Origin: Eledone cirrhosa
Lineage: Eukaryota
Reading direction: 5' to 3'
Length of the DNA stretch: 64,000 nt
Assembly (NCBI GenBank): GCA_964016885.1
Contig: OZ024750.1
Location: 26,474,001 to 26,538,000 of the forward strand
Positions 1-15,224 of this stretch are shown one piece after another (positions within the stretch are counted from its first letter, which is position 1; the number at the start of each line of letters is the position of its first letter). The notes below the pieces were generated by a model. That model was not told the origin of the DNA. It did not search any database and saw nothing but the letters and a program-made list of their open reading frames with translations. A program made the position numbers and the translations under genes.

Positions 1-898
1 TGGGTAAGGAGGTCAATTTGTATCCAGATTTTATTACCTAGAGAGATTAACTACAACAGATGTTCCTCCTCATCAAACACCAACGCTGGCCTGTATCTAG
101 TATACATGTGTATGTATGTATGTATGTATGTATGTATGTATGTATGTATGTATGTATGTATGTATGTATGTATGAAAATATCATCTTGGTTAAGAGAGTG
201 GGACTGGCTTTGTGCAGTGCCTTTGCTCACTATAAAAGCTTCACGCCACAGGCATTGCTTTATATCTGGAGATCTTTCTGCACTTGTCGTCACATGGTAC
301 CATGGGCCCAGCACTATGTGTCAATAATTGTCACAAGTGTAGTGTTTGTACCAGAGTTTTGAAGTAGCTGGCTGGACCAAAAAGTCACACTCGTTCAGCG
401 CATCGTAGGGGTTCTCCTACTTGGATATAAAGTAGTGGCCGTACTCGAAAACGAGTTGGCAGCCACCATGTATGTATGCGTGTGTATGTTCGTATGTATA
501 TAAGTATTTACCCACACCTTTCATCACTAATGCTTCTTTTTCTTGCCATTTCTGTTGGTGTTGTTCTTGTAAGTGTTGTCATAGTTGTGTAGCCCTTATT
601 TTCATTTTCTTTGATTTCTTTCGTTTTTTTTTCTTTTATCTCTCTAAGGAATTCGTTGACAATCTTCTTTTATTTATTTTCTTCGTTTTCTTCATTAAAA
701 TGCATCCACACTGGCTGTCTCAGAGACGTACAAATATGGCTTAAAATTTAGCAAAGTAAAGAGCCTTCCAGCGCCCCCAATGCTTCAAACGCCCCTCTAA
801 CGACCCTTGCTCCCTAACGACCCCTTCCTCCCAAACGCCCCTCCCGGAGCTCCGAAACGCCCCCGGGAGTTCATATGCCTCCCGTTGAGAACCTTTTG
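1..898 (-). mobile_element. One end of a non-autonomous hAT-like DNA transposon (continues off-window), containing a (TATG)n tract at 108-174
   Basis: Ends in TTGAGAACCTTTTG, the same terminus seen at 35384-35396, 54580-54592 and 60329-60341. Bases 175-898 are an inverted copy of ~25570-26260 and bases 1-100 match 31270-31380 in reverse. Confidence 0.6.
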
Positions 899-1728
899 GT
901 TTAGACAGATAGCATATTGTATTGTAAAATAAAAATCATCGATTTGGCTGAAGACCAAACAATTCCAATGGGGATGTAATTGTTTAAAACTAACGCAGGA
1001 TAAGCAGATAATTTGAGCACAATTCAAGGACACATATTTTAGGGCGAGCTAGATGTAAATATATCAAGGTCACTACTCATAGAAAGTTTGTCAGGTACGA
1101 AAGAATGTAAGTCAAGTTTCTACTGAATGAGATATAAACTGTGTATGTGAAAGGATATATGTCATTACAACATATCATTAAGAAAAGCTCGCTACCGCCT
1201 CTGCTAACCAAAACCTTTCGGAAATTAAATAATATCCTAATTATGAAGAAACCAAATGTAATATTCTATTATAGCTTTTCACTACTACATTAGTCCATCT
1301 CAAACCCATCTGGAGATAATTTCCTGTTTAATAACTGTATAATTTACTGGAGTTGTGGTTTACTAATTGTATTCCTTTTCTGTTGTTGTTTAGGCTCAGG
1401 TCAGTCATAACTAAGGACACCTATCATCAAAAACATTTCAGTCATCACCATACTAACATTTAGGTGCCTTACGAATAACATTATGTGTTTTTGACTGCTT
1501 TCTTTAGCAGTTCGAGCGGCTATAAAGAAGGTGTCCGATCCCCACTTTTAATAAATATGTTAACCATTCAAATAACTTTCTAACAAATAAATACGCAGAA
1601 CGAATTAGATATACCCAGATCTCAGACATTTGTATCCGTCAGGTTTTGACTCATACAAGACACTCAACTACATTTACCTCATGCATTATCCTTATTCAAT
1701 AGATCATGTTATAGACATATATATATAC

Positions 1729-1798
<70 letters not shown>

Positions 1799-2289
1799 CC
1801 AAACCCAGTTAAAATACAATTTAAGATATGGGATAACACTCAATCTGATGAATCTCAGCCAAGTAACATCAAATATATTATCCAGAAATCTAATTATATA
1901 AGAAGATTAACAATTTTTTAAACAGTTACCAATTTGCATAAGCACTGATATATGTACGTAAGGCATATTGCCTATAAGAAATATGACTTACATGGCCACG
2001 ATAATATAAACTAGCATGACATATGTATTTAGAAACCGAACCGATTTGCAATACAAGACTGTTACTTATTCTATCGACTATTCAGTAGCGGTGAAAATCA
2101 CATTCGTATCAGAACATAAATGAGTGAAAATAAATGACACAAGAACATATTTTATATTGGTTAAAATAATTATCTTACCTAGGTTAATTGTTTCAATTAT
2201 ATAAGAATGGACGAATTAGATTGTTCGATGAGAATATCTCTCTGGAAATTATTAATGATACCAGAAGTTGTCTTCTGTTAGAAATAAAT

Positions 2290-2452
2290 AATTGTTTCTA
2301 CCTTTGGCACAAGGCCAGCAATTACCTAGTGCACTACTGGTACTTTATTTTATCGACCCCCGTAAGGATGAAAGGCAAAGTTAACTCCAGCGGGATTTGA
2401 ACATAAAGGGCCGTAACTCTTTGCTGCAAAGCATGGCGTCCGACCCTCTACC
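2290..2452 (-). mobile_element. tRNA-derived Octopus-type SINE (Meta-domain-like core)
   Basis: Minus strand has a box-B-like GTTCAAATCCC followed by GCCTTTCATCCTTACGGGGTCGATAAAATAAAGTACCAG. More than 10 copies occur in the window. Confidence 0.8.
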
Positions 2453-3376
2453 AATAATGTGTTATAAATATGACTGAATATGAGATTGTGATCAAGTCGT
2501 CATTCCCTCGTCAATTATTTTTATTTTGTTAAGTACAATGTTATTTAATAATTTTTAATTTCCTTTTGCTGTAATAAAATTAATAATTAATTTGTAATTT
2601 AACTGTAACATGTTTTTTTGTTGTGTTAACCTGAAAAACATAGTTGTCAACAGTATATTCTAGTTCTCTCCTTTACCACTCACTTGTTCAAAATATAGCT
2701 ACTCTGGCAGTGCAAAAGACAGCAAAGACAACAAAGAAAACAAAGTATGACAGCGAAAAATCCAAAGGAAAAGGCAAACTAAAGACAAAGGAATAGAGAG
2801 TGGAAATGACAGAGGAGAAAAATCTGGAAAGAAGGGAAATTAGACCACCTAAAAGATATTTCTAAAGATACGGATGAATTGATTGTTTTATTAACTGTTG
2901 AATGTCTATACTTAGTTTAATAAAACTATAATATTCTCGAAAACCAAAGAAATTTTTTTATTACAGTCTCTGTTATGTGACTTTACTCATATTATGTTTT
3001 CCCTAAATGTCATGAATTTACGTAAATAAGACCTGTAGATGATAAGGATATCCACCGAGCGAATTCCAGAGGAATCTATATACTGGAGGAAACCGACTGT
3101 ATGTTGTGATTTATGTGGACACTAAGGTGGAAGACGACACGCATGTTCTTTTAAAAATCCTCTAAATTTGTATTCTGTGGCGTGTTATTACTAGACTTAA
3201 ATCAAATCATCAATACACGCAATATGAAAGATCAGCAAGGAACGGAAATTTTAACTTACATGAGGAAACCGGAATTTCGTAGTGAACTGTCGTAAGTATA
3301 AATTTAAATAAATACACACACACACTCACACACTCACGCACACATACTACACACATACTCACACTCACGCACACGT

Positions 3377-3463
<87 letters not shown>

Positions 3464-3589
3464 CTTGATCACCTTGACCGACCAGTCTGTCGAGCGCCGC
3501 TGGTCACAGCACGTGCTGTTTTAGCTATAGGGTGACGCCATCTAGGCGGGCAGGTCGTAAGTCTAAAGTCTGTCTTAAGCCAGAGGGCT

Positions 3590-3840
3590 CATTTGGCCGG
3601 TGTTTATCCCGGCTTCATGGCGTGAAACGACTGAGAGCACAAGACTCCCCCTGGACAGGACGCGAGTCCATCGCAGGGTTAAACCTCCAGCTATTGCTGG
3701 TACTCATTTTCAGCTGAGTAAACTGGAGCAACGTGAAATAAAGTGTCTTGCTCAAGGAAACAACACATCAGCCGGTCCGAGAATTGAACTCACAACCTTT
3801 CGATTGCAAGCCTATTGCTCTAACCACTAAGCCATGCGCC
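3590..3840 (-). mobile_element. tRNA-derived SINE (V-SINE-like)
   Basis: Minus strand reads GGCGCATGGCTTAGTGGTTAGAGC (box A), GAGTTCAATTCT (box B), TTCCTTGAGCAAGACACTTT and GCGATGGACTCGCGTCCTGTCCAGGGGG. Confidence 0.7.
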
Positions 3841-3912
3841 TTGTTGTGATAATGGTCAGCAGGGATGTGCGTACGTACCGCAGCCTGTTGACAGTTCAAA
3901 TGCCTATTAAGA

Positions 3913-3969
<57 letters not shown>

Positions 3970-4135
3970 CAGAGTAATTTGTGGTAGAGGGATGGTCAGT
4001 AGGAATGTGTCTGTACGTGTGTGGGGGATATTTTAACATGTTAAAATATGTTTTTCAGCTCTTGTCTTATACGGAGAAGTGTGTGTGTGTATATGTCTCT
4101 TTGTATGTTAATGTACGCGTGTGTATGTGAGTGTG

Positions 4136-4176
<41 letters not shown>

Positions 4177-6917
4177 GTATGTGTGTGTGTGAGAATGTGT
4201 GTGGGTGGACCAGTATTTTTGTGATACTGGTAGAAAAGGTAGAAATAAAATCCTGGACGAATTCTGTGAACACATCACAAACTTCCCATACCAACACTTG
4301 CACAGACAAAAACACAAGCCACACCTCAACAAGAAAGAATGGGAAGAATTAAATAGATTAAAAACCGACAGAACCATTAAAATTAAAGAGGCTGATAAAG
4401 GGAGAACAGTAGTCCTAATGGAGACAGAATTCTATATCAACTTAGCGCTCTCCACTTTGGAAAACGAAACATACTACGAAAAGGCTGAACACTACAATCA
4501 ACAGAAAATTTTGAGAAACCTAAAAACTCTGATCAACCAATTACAAAGAAGGACTCACTAACAAGGAATTCAGCTTCATCACAGACTTCACAAGTAAATC
4601 CAGCCTTTTCTACGGTATCCCTAAAGTACATAAAAGCGAATTAATAAGTAAGGCATGCAAGGAAGCCACAGACATAGTCATCAATGTCCCCTCACCCAAT
4701 GATCTCAAATTAAGACCTATAATAGCAGGCCCCGCTTGCGAAACCCACCGCCTTAGCAACTTCATTAATACTCTTCTCAAGCCTTTTCTCAAACACATCA
4801 AAAGCTATATAAGGGACGACCTAGATATGCTCAATCACCTCTCTAATATGCCCCTTTCTGAACAAACCCTACTAGTGACGTTCTATGTAGTCAACCTATA
4901 CTCCAACATCCCCCACAACCTAGGAATAGAAGCTATCCAATTCTGGCTGGATAATTACCACAATGAACTCCCACAACGCATCAAAAAAGAATTCGTGATA
5001 GAGGAACTCAAATTTATCTTGGAGAACAATTACTTCGTTTTCAATAACAAACCCTACAGGCAGAAATCTGGGACCGCTATGGGAACGAAAACAGCCCCCA
5101 CTTATGCCAACCTAGTCATGGGATACCTGGAAATCACCCTCTACACTAAAGTCCTAAATAAATTTGGAAACACTCTCCACTTACACATAGAAAGGAACTG
5201 GAAGCGATATCTAGATGACTGCTTCATCCTTTGGCACGAAAACATCGAGAAACTTAAAGAATTTCACACCCTTATAAATGGGCTCAACACGAATATTAAC
5301 TTTTCGATGGAATACAGCCATCAACAACTCCCCTTCCTCGACATCCTCATTAAGATCCATAACAAAAAATAGAAACAGACATATACTACAAGCCCACAGA
5401 CTCCAAGCAATATCTTCCTTTCAACTCTTGCCACCCTAGACACGTTAAAATTAATATTCCCTACAACTTAGCCAAGAGAATATGTACTCTAGTCTCCAAT
5501 AAAAACACCTGCTACTTACGGCTACAAGAACTAAAGGACACACTCATAGGCAGGGACTACCCTGCATCACTAATTGACAATGGAATCCAACATGCCCTAA
5601 AACTCAGTACCCAGGACCTTAGACACCCTAAAGTAAATCAACCGAAACTAAAAGCTCTTCCATACATCTCCACACACAACCCCCTCAACAATGAAGCCTT
5701 TGACACCATCCTCCAGAACATCCCTGTGTTGAGAAAGGACCATAGAATGAACCAAATCCTACGAACACACGATGTCATAAAGAGCAAAAGACAATCTAAG
5801 TCAATGAAAAACATCCTAACACATGCCAAAGTACTGCCAACCACAACAACGAAACCCACAGTAAATACATGCGATAGACCCAACTGTGGCATATGCATCA
5901 ACCTAATAGAGGGTTCGGAATTCTATTTCAAAGAAGGACAACGTTTTATAGTAAAACACAATTTCACATGCGCATCAGAAAATCTAATATATGTATTAAC
6001 TTGCTCAGGTTGTCGAGAACAATACATAGGCCAGACCAAAAACAGCCTCCGCCAACGCATGACTGTCCATAGATCCCAAATTAAAATATGGGAATACAGG
6101 AAAATACCACTGAGTGAACACATTGATACCTGTGCCGCCCAAAATCATCCCAACTTCAGAATCTTTCCCCTCTACAAATTTAAAGATAATGCCACCCACA
6201 CCCAGCGCATCAGCAAGGAATCTCACTTTATTAACAAATAGGGACCCCGTCTAAACACTTCTCCCTAGACGAACCCACAACATACACACGTCAACATACA
6301 TACCTACATCAGCATACATCTCTATCCACATATAAACACAATGACATACGTAAACACACATGTTCTATGGTGCAACACAAATATACACAAATTTGCATAC
6401 CTTTTGATGTCTATAGATATAAACGTGCCGACACACACACATACAGAAACGCACACATGCATTGCACACTGATGGGCACATACATATTTGTACACAAGTA
6501 TTCCAATACGGCAAGGCCTAATGGATTCCCCTTGCAGTACGTACAATCTGGACACTCACACACACCTTGGTATTATGCCAATACTATATATCATTTCACA
6601 CCTTTTATTATTAAGGTTTTTGATGTTCTTTTGAGAGAATCGTTTTTACTGAAAATATCGAATAATGTACACCAATTTTACCAGTATCACAAAAATACTG
6701 GTCCACACACACACATTCTCACACACACACACACACATACACACACACACACACATACACACGGGTACATTAACATACAAAGAGACATATACACACACAC
6801 ACACACTTCTCCGTATAGGACAAGAGCTGAAAAACATCTTTTAACATGTTAAAATATCCCCCACACACGTACAGACACATTCCTACTGACCATCCCTCTA
6901 CCACGAATTACTCTGCT

Positions 6918-6950
<33 letters not shown>

Positions 6951-7040
6951 AACACACACACACTTGTCTTAAATGGCATTTGAACTGTCAACAGGCTGCG
7001 GTTCGCACACACATGCCTGCTGACTATTACGACAACAACG
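3841..7040 (+). mobile_element. Penelope-like retroelement (Neptune-type) with an inverted partial pLTR at its 5' end
   Basis: Frameshifted RT plus GIY-YIG ORF. Bases 3841-4232 are an inverted copy of ~6675-7040. Confidence 0.9.
4199..6241 (+). pseudogene. PLE reverse transcriptase + GIY-YIG endonuclease (disrupted)
   Basis: Motifs IKEADKG, FYGIPKVHK, LRPIIAG, GTAMGTKTAPTYANL, RYLDDCF and LPFLD; CxxxxCxxC linker (CDRPNCGIC); NLIYVLTCSGCREQYIGQT..H..H. Frameshifts near 4560 and 5370. Confidence 0.9.
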
Positions 7041-7568
7041 AACCTCTTTACTACTACTACTACTACACACACATACACATATTTGTTTTGAAAGACTTAT
7101 TTTTCAGTGACTTCTCAATCAACCGACATAAACCTACATTTGGCGCAAAATCAATTTTTAACATTCACATCACCTCTTCCGACCAATCACAATTGTTTTG
7201 ACCACAAGAATATTTGCAACACGAATTGGCGCGAAACTTATTTTAATACATCTGGAGCCACTTTTTTCACATAAAACAGGTAGAATTTCCAAAACTAATC
7301 AGATTAGAGCAAACATCACGGGCGCTCTATCTCAAAATTATTTTTGAAAATCATTAGAAATGCGCAACCGGTAAAAATTAAAACCAAAACTGAATACTAA
7401 CCAATACTATTACTAATTTTTACTTATTCCTAATTAAACTATTTTTCACTGGGAACAATTTCTCAGCATTTTCTTTTCCGTTTACTAATATATAATAACT
7501 CGTATGTTACACCTCTATTCTTTTATATATATATATATACATATATATATATTTATTTATATATATAT

Positions 7569-9157
<1,589 letters not shown>

Positions 9158-9178
9158 CATATATATACATATATATAC

Positions 9179-9358
<180 letters not shown>

Positions 9359-9369
9359 TATATATAATT

Positions 9370-12300
9370 GTCCTGAGTATGACATTAAACTACATCCAAT
9401 GGCAAAGCTCCAGTTCGGGAGTTCAGGAGCTGTGGGGAATGTGGAGTTACCCCTTTGTTGTCATAACTCCCAGATCTGCTCTGGCCCGGAGTAGTAGTAC
9501 CTGTTAGGGCTCCATTTATGGGTTAAATAACTACCTTATTTGAGTGGCGCCTGTAAGGTATTGTTATCCATTGAAAAGAAATATGGAGAGTCGATCTAAC
9601 AGCACTAGGGTTAGAGCCCCTAATTACACTGTCAATGAGCAGTCTGGTCGTTATGACTCTGCTGGCTTAGAGCCACAGAGGGGGCCAGTGGATGATGGTT
9701 CAGCTGTCTCTGAGACAAATATAAAGAATGCAAATTTGTCCTGCAGAAGAGCCAACAAAATGGGCACTTTGAATGTGAGGACTATTCGGACGCTGGAGAA
9801 GAGAGAGGAGTTGGGACATCTGTTCGAGGAGAGTGGTATACAGATACTTGCGATCCAAGGACACAGGATCCTACACGATGAGCCCGTGAGGAGTGTGATG
9901 ATTGGGAAGAGGAGCCAGCTCATCACCACATCGGCAGTGAGGAACATGACCAATGCTGCAGTAGGAGGAGTAGGTTTTGTTTTCAGCACAAAAACCAGTC
10001 TATTGGTGAGGGAAATAATACCTGTCTCCCCGCGGGTCTTGAGGGTGACCTTCAATGGAAACCCAAGACTGACAGTCATCTCAGTCTATAGTCTAACCGA
10101 GAGGGACAGTGATGTGAGTGCGGAAGTGTTCCATGAGGATGTGTGTAGAGCTGTCAACACCACTCAAGCACACAACATCGTGCTTGTTTTGGGTGACTTC
10201 AATGCACATCTGAGTAAGGAGGGCAGTGAAGATCATTGCTGGTACTTCCATAACTACACCAACCGAAATGGAAGACTACTGAGAGACACCCTGCTGGTGG
10301 CGAACTTGATAGCGACCAACCTAAGGTTTAGGAAGAATTCGGGCAAGATGTGGACCGACATCTCAGATATGCACCTGTCCAAGTCCCAGATTGATTTCAT
10401 TCTGGTGAGGAAAAAGTGGCGGAATAGTGTTCTGAACACAGAACCATACAACTATTTCAGTACACTGGGCAGTGACCACCGGTTTGTTATTAGTGAGGTC
10501 CGGGTGAGCTTAAGAATGAGCAAGGCTCAGCCCCGGAGAGAAATCTATGACTGGGGAGCTTTCAAGGATTATGATAAAGTAAAAGGAGAGGTTCACAGTG
10601 GAAGTGAGGAACAGGTTCAGTGCTCTGTGTGGAGAGACAGAGGAGAGAGAGATTAGATGGAGTGAGGAGAGTGTGACGACGAGGTACGGGCACTTCTCCA
10701 ATGCAGTGGCGGAAGCAAGTGAAACCCCGGTGCCAAGGAAAAAGAACAACATGAAGCACGTCAGCTCTGCAAACCCAAAAGTGTGTGCAGCAAAAGAACA
10801 CCTGAAAGCTGCCAAGGATCAATTCTATGCTGATCCTACGGAGGAGAAGATGGAGACTGTGGAGGTGATGAGGGAAGAACTCTGTACAGCTTACACTGAG
10901 GCCAGAGAGGAGGCACTGATAGAGAAGATCAGAAGTGTGGAGAGAGCGGTTGACAGATCTGGAAGTAAGGAGAGCTGGATGATCATCAACGAGATCACAG
11001 GGAGGAAAATAAGGTGTTCGAGTCAGATCCAGGGAAGGGGGCCCGAGGATAGGAAGAGGAAATGGCTAGACCATTTTAGGACCCTACTAGGAGAGCCACC
11101 CTCCACAGCCCAGAGCACTGTGGAGATCAGGCGGCTATTTGAGGAACTGGATATTGAGACAGAGCCCTTCACCAGAGAGGAGCACAAGAGAGCCAAGAAG
11201 AGGATCAAGGAGGGCAAGGCTCATGGAGAAGATGGAGTGGCATAAGAGATGATGAAGAGGTGTGATTTTGATGATATCATCCTGGGGTTCTGTAACCGGG
11301 CACTGGAGAAAGGAGTTGCCCCGAATCAGTGGAGGATCAGTAACATCGTCCCAGTGCCAAAGAAGGGAGATCTCTCTAACACCAACAACTACAGGGGGAT
11401 CTCACTGACGTCACTTGTGGCAAAGACCCTCAACAGGATGATTCTTAACATGATCCAGCCTGAGACGACGGCTTCAGAGAGGGAAGATCAACCACCAGAG
11501 AGATCCTGATGCTGAGGAGGATATTAGAGGGAGCTAGAGCAAAGTGCCTTCCCGTGGTCATGGTTTTCATTGACTTTAGGAAGGCCTTTAATTCTGTAGA
11601 CCGTCACTGCCTGATGAAGATCTTACAGGTTTATGGAATCCCCAAGATGATAGTGGACCTGATATCACTGCTCTACACCAACACCAAAGCTCAAATCATT
11701 ACACCTGATGGGATGACAGAGTTCTTTGAGATACTGGCTGGAGTGCTCCAGGGAGCCACATTCGCTCCCTACCTTTTTATCATTTTAGTGGACTATTGTA
11801 TGGGCCTTGCACTGGAGAAACACCAGGAGTCTGGCTTTACTGTAGCACCGGCTCAGAGCAGGAGAGTTGAGGCGAAAAACGTATCAGATGCTGAATTTGA
11901 CGAGGACATAGTTTTGGTGACAAATACAGTGAAGGAGGCAGAGGATTTGATGCGGGAGGTTGAGACTGTGTCGATGAGTGTGGGGCTGAGAATGAATGAG
12001 ACTATAACAAAATATCTGGTAGAGAATGTTGAGAAGCCAGCGGGAATCACTAATGTAGGCGGGAAGCCGCTAGAATTGGTTGAGGGTTTCCTGTATTTGG
12101 GAGCAAAGATTGGGAATACGAAAGATGATGTGGTTGAGAGGAAGAGCAAAGCGTGGGCGGCGTGCCACAGCTTGAGATCGGTGTGGGAGTCGGATCTTCG
12201 TAAAGACCTGAAGGTCAGCCTCTTCATTGCTGTAGTGGAGTCTGTGCTGCTGTACGGGTCTGAGACTTGGACACTGACCAAGAAACTCACTCAGATGTTG

Positions 12301-12648
12301 GATGGGTGCTACACGAGAATGCTGAGGATGGCTCTGAACATTAATCAGTATACACTGAGGATGAAAACCTCAGAGCTGTATGGGAGCCTCCCAAAAGTCA
12401 GCTCAAAAGTGACACAGAGGAGACTGAAGTTAGCTGGACATGCTCACCGACATCCAAGGTTGACATTGCACTCAATGCTTCTGTGGGAGCCTCTACATGG
12501 ACACACTGGAAGAGGAATACCAAGGTTAACGTATGTTGATGCCCTAAGGACAGACACTGGTCTGTTCGAGACGCAGGACATAGCAGCGATAATAAGGGAC
12601 AGAGACCGCTGGAGAGAACTCGTCCATGGATCTCGGCAATTTTACCCG

Positions 12649-12651
<3 letters not shown>
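9370..12651 (+). mobile_element. Near-full-length RTE-clade LINE (AP endonuclease + RT), disrupted
   Basis: APE motifs GTLNVRT, LGDFNAH, SQIDFIL, GSDH. RT motifs VPVPKKGD, NYRGISL, FIDFRKAF, GVLQG, LLYGSETW. Frameshift at ~10580, stop at 11243, deletion at ~11460. Flanked by (TA)n. Confidence 0.9.
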
Positions 12652-12690
<39 letters not shown>

Positions 12691-12735
12691 TAAAGAAAAC
12701 GAAAAATCACTGATGCATCTGGACTTAATTTATTG

Positions 12736-12826
12736 CGTGTTACAATTGTTTCGCCGGCAGGTAGCTCGAGACATGGTCCTTGTATGGATTTGGCTGATTC
12801 TACTTCTGCAGGTCCTTTCAGACACG
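12736..12826 (-). ncRNA. Type I hammerhead variant in the PLE pLTR
   Basis: CGUGU-CUGAAAGG-[ACCUGCAG..long..CCUGCCGGC]-GAAA-C-AAUU-GUA-ACACG: 5-bp stem I, palindromic stem III ACAAUUGU. The core deviates from CUGANGA. Confidence 0.55.
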
Positions 12827-13920
12827 GGTATTTCGTTGGGAGCAAATTTTATCACTGGGGTGTTATCATCAAAAAACACCCTAAAACAACCCTACTTCCA
12901 CTCTTGTCATGCCATTGGCTATTTTTACTCCACGTCATCACAAGTTCTGGTAATTATTTACTGCCACACGGGTCATCAGCCATTTTGCGTCCAACACATT
13001 TCAATGGAGTCATGCTGGGTTCAGTATCTCACACGTCTGTTCACACTTCAGAGTAAGCACCCACACATACTAATATACACACATATACACACACATACAT
13101 ACACATACAGATTTATGCATACACACACATACGCCTACATGCGCAGACACACACACCCCCACATACATACATATATGTATATATACACAAATTCTCTGCC
13201 TCACTTCCACGGACCCAGTCACACCCACTTGTAGATACATATCACCACAAGCCTTATGACGGCTGCTTAATTCGCGCCTTGTATCCGGTGGGATAAGCAT
13301 GGCCTACTCAAACATACACATATATACATACATACGCGCGCACACATACATACGCCCAACTTTATATACATTTATATAAACATATATATACACACTCATA
13401 CACACACATATAGATACATACACATATACATACACGTACATACAGATGCATACACATGCTTACATATATACACACATATGTATATATATATATACACATA
13501 TATACATACATACACACATATATATATATATACTCACACATGCCCACACATACATACAAAATAGACATACGTACACAAAAATTACATACACACGTACATA
13601 CACACACACACACACATATATATATACACAAAAAAACAACAACCTAACATGCATACGCACAGCCACATATATACATTCTATACCTACGCATATGCCGACA
13701 TATATACATCTACATATGCATACGCACACTTGCTGCCACATGCATACACCTGCACATATGCATATTTACCTACACACACATGTGCTTCCACATATACATA
13801 TATAAACAAAACCGTAAATTAAAAGTTAAAAATACATTATACAATAAAAAACACAATATACCACAACATAACGGTAAAATACCGTACCATAACATCAAAT
13901 ATAAAATATAATATACAATA

Positions 13921-14002
<82 letters not shown>

Positions 14003-14222
14003 CCATACACACACACACATGTACACAGATTCATACATACATATACGGATATATACAAAGGATATGTGATAAAGTAATACTACAATAATAATAGTAATAA
14101 TAAAAAGCATATATACTCCATATATAATCATCCGCACACATTCCTGTGAGATGCACCTAAACACAGACATGTATGCACAAATACACATACACATATATAG
14201 AGGCCCACATATGCATACACCC

Positions 14223-14344
<122 letters not shown>

Positions 14345-14347
14345 TAA

Positions 14348-14402
<55 letters not shown>

Positions 14403-15224
14403 CACCTACTCATACGTGGCTATACGTACATACGCACACATATATTGACGTACATACATACATATATTCATATATACATACATATATATATTCATATATA
14501 CACACACATATATACACACATACACACACATTTTGCCACATATGTACATACATGCACATGTCTGCACATACACGCGCTTATACATGCCCATATACACCCC
14601 CCGCACACACCCAGGTATATATATATATATATATATATACACATCTACACACACACATATATATACCTACGCACAGGTCCACACATAAAAACACGCGAAT
14701 ATAAACACAATATGATAAAATAAAATAAATAAATAAATTTGCAATATTTTAGGGTACATTAAAATCAGTATGTAACTGCATAAATAGGTACAAGAAAAAA
14801 AGGGGTAAAATAAAAAAGGGGAGCGGGGTGCAGGAGAAGGTGCGTGTGTCCATGTGATATACTACACACAGGTAGTATGAGGTGCAAACTTGTGTCCTTG
14901 TATAGAACAGGTAACAGTAACAGAACAATGATAGTAATAATCATTGTTCCAAAGTGGAACAGGTGAGAGTATATAGTCACGATTAATGGGCTACACATTC
15001 AAGGGGACGCCCGTCCCGGTCGCCATGGGGCATGGCACCGTGGCTGGGGTGTGCTGTTTTATATGTTTATGGCACAGGACCGGGCGGCACTGGGCCCGGT
15101 GTTAGCCGGTCCCGGCCCATGCGATGAATCTTCCAACGTTGTGTGCTCGGTCAGGTGCGACCCTGGTATACATATGTTTGCTTCGCGGGTCACACACCAT
15201 CATCATGGCATGGCGTCAGGTCCC

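Noticed and set aside
1043-2750. Possible small exons at 1043-1094 and 2698-2750, and at 37313-37360
   Set aside because: Splice-like signals only, with no recognisable protein. The 37313 candidate has stops in all three frames.
3760-3840. tRNA gene
   Set aside because: The tRNA-like A/B boxes continue into a SINE body. The same applies to the other SINE heads.
4199-6241. Selenocysteine-recoding (Naiad-type) PLE
   Set aside because: The endonuclease is C-terminal and the ORF breaks are frameshifts, not in-frame TGA at Cys positions.
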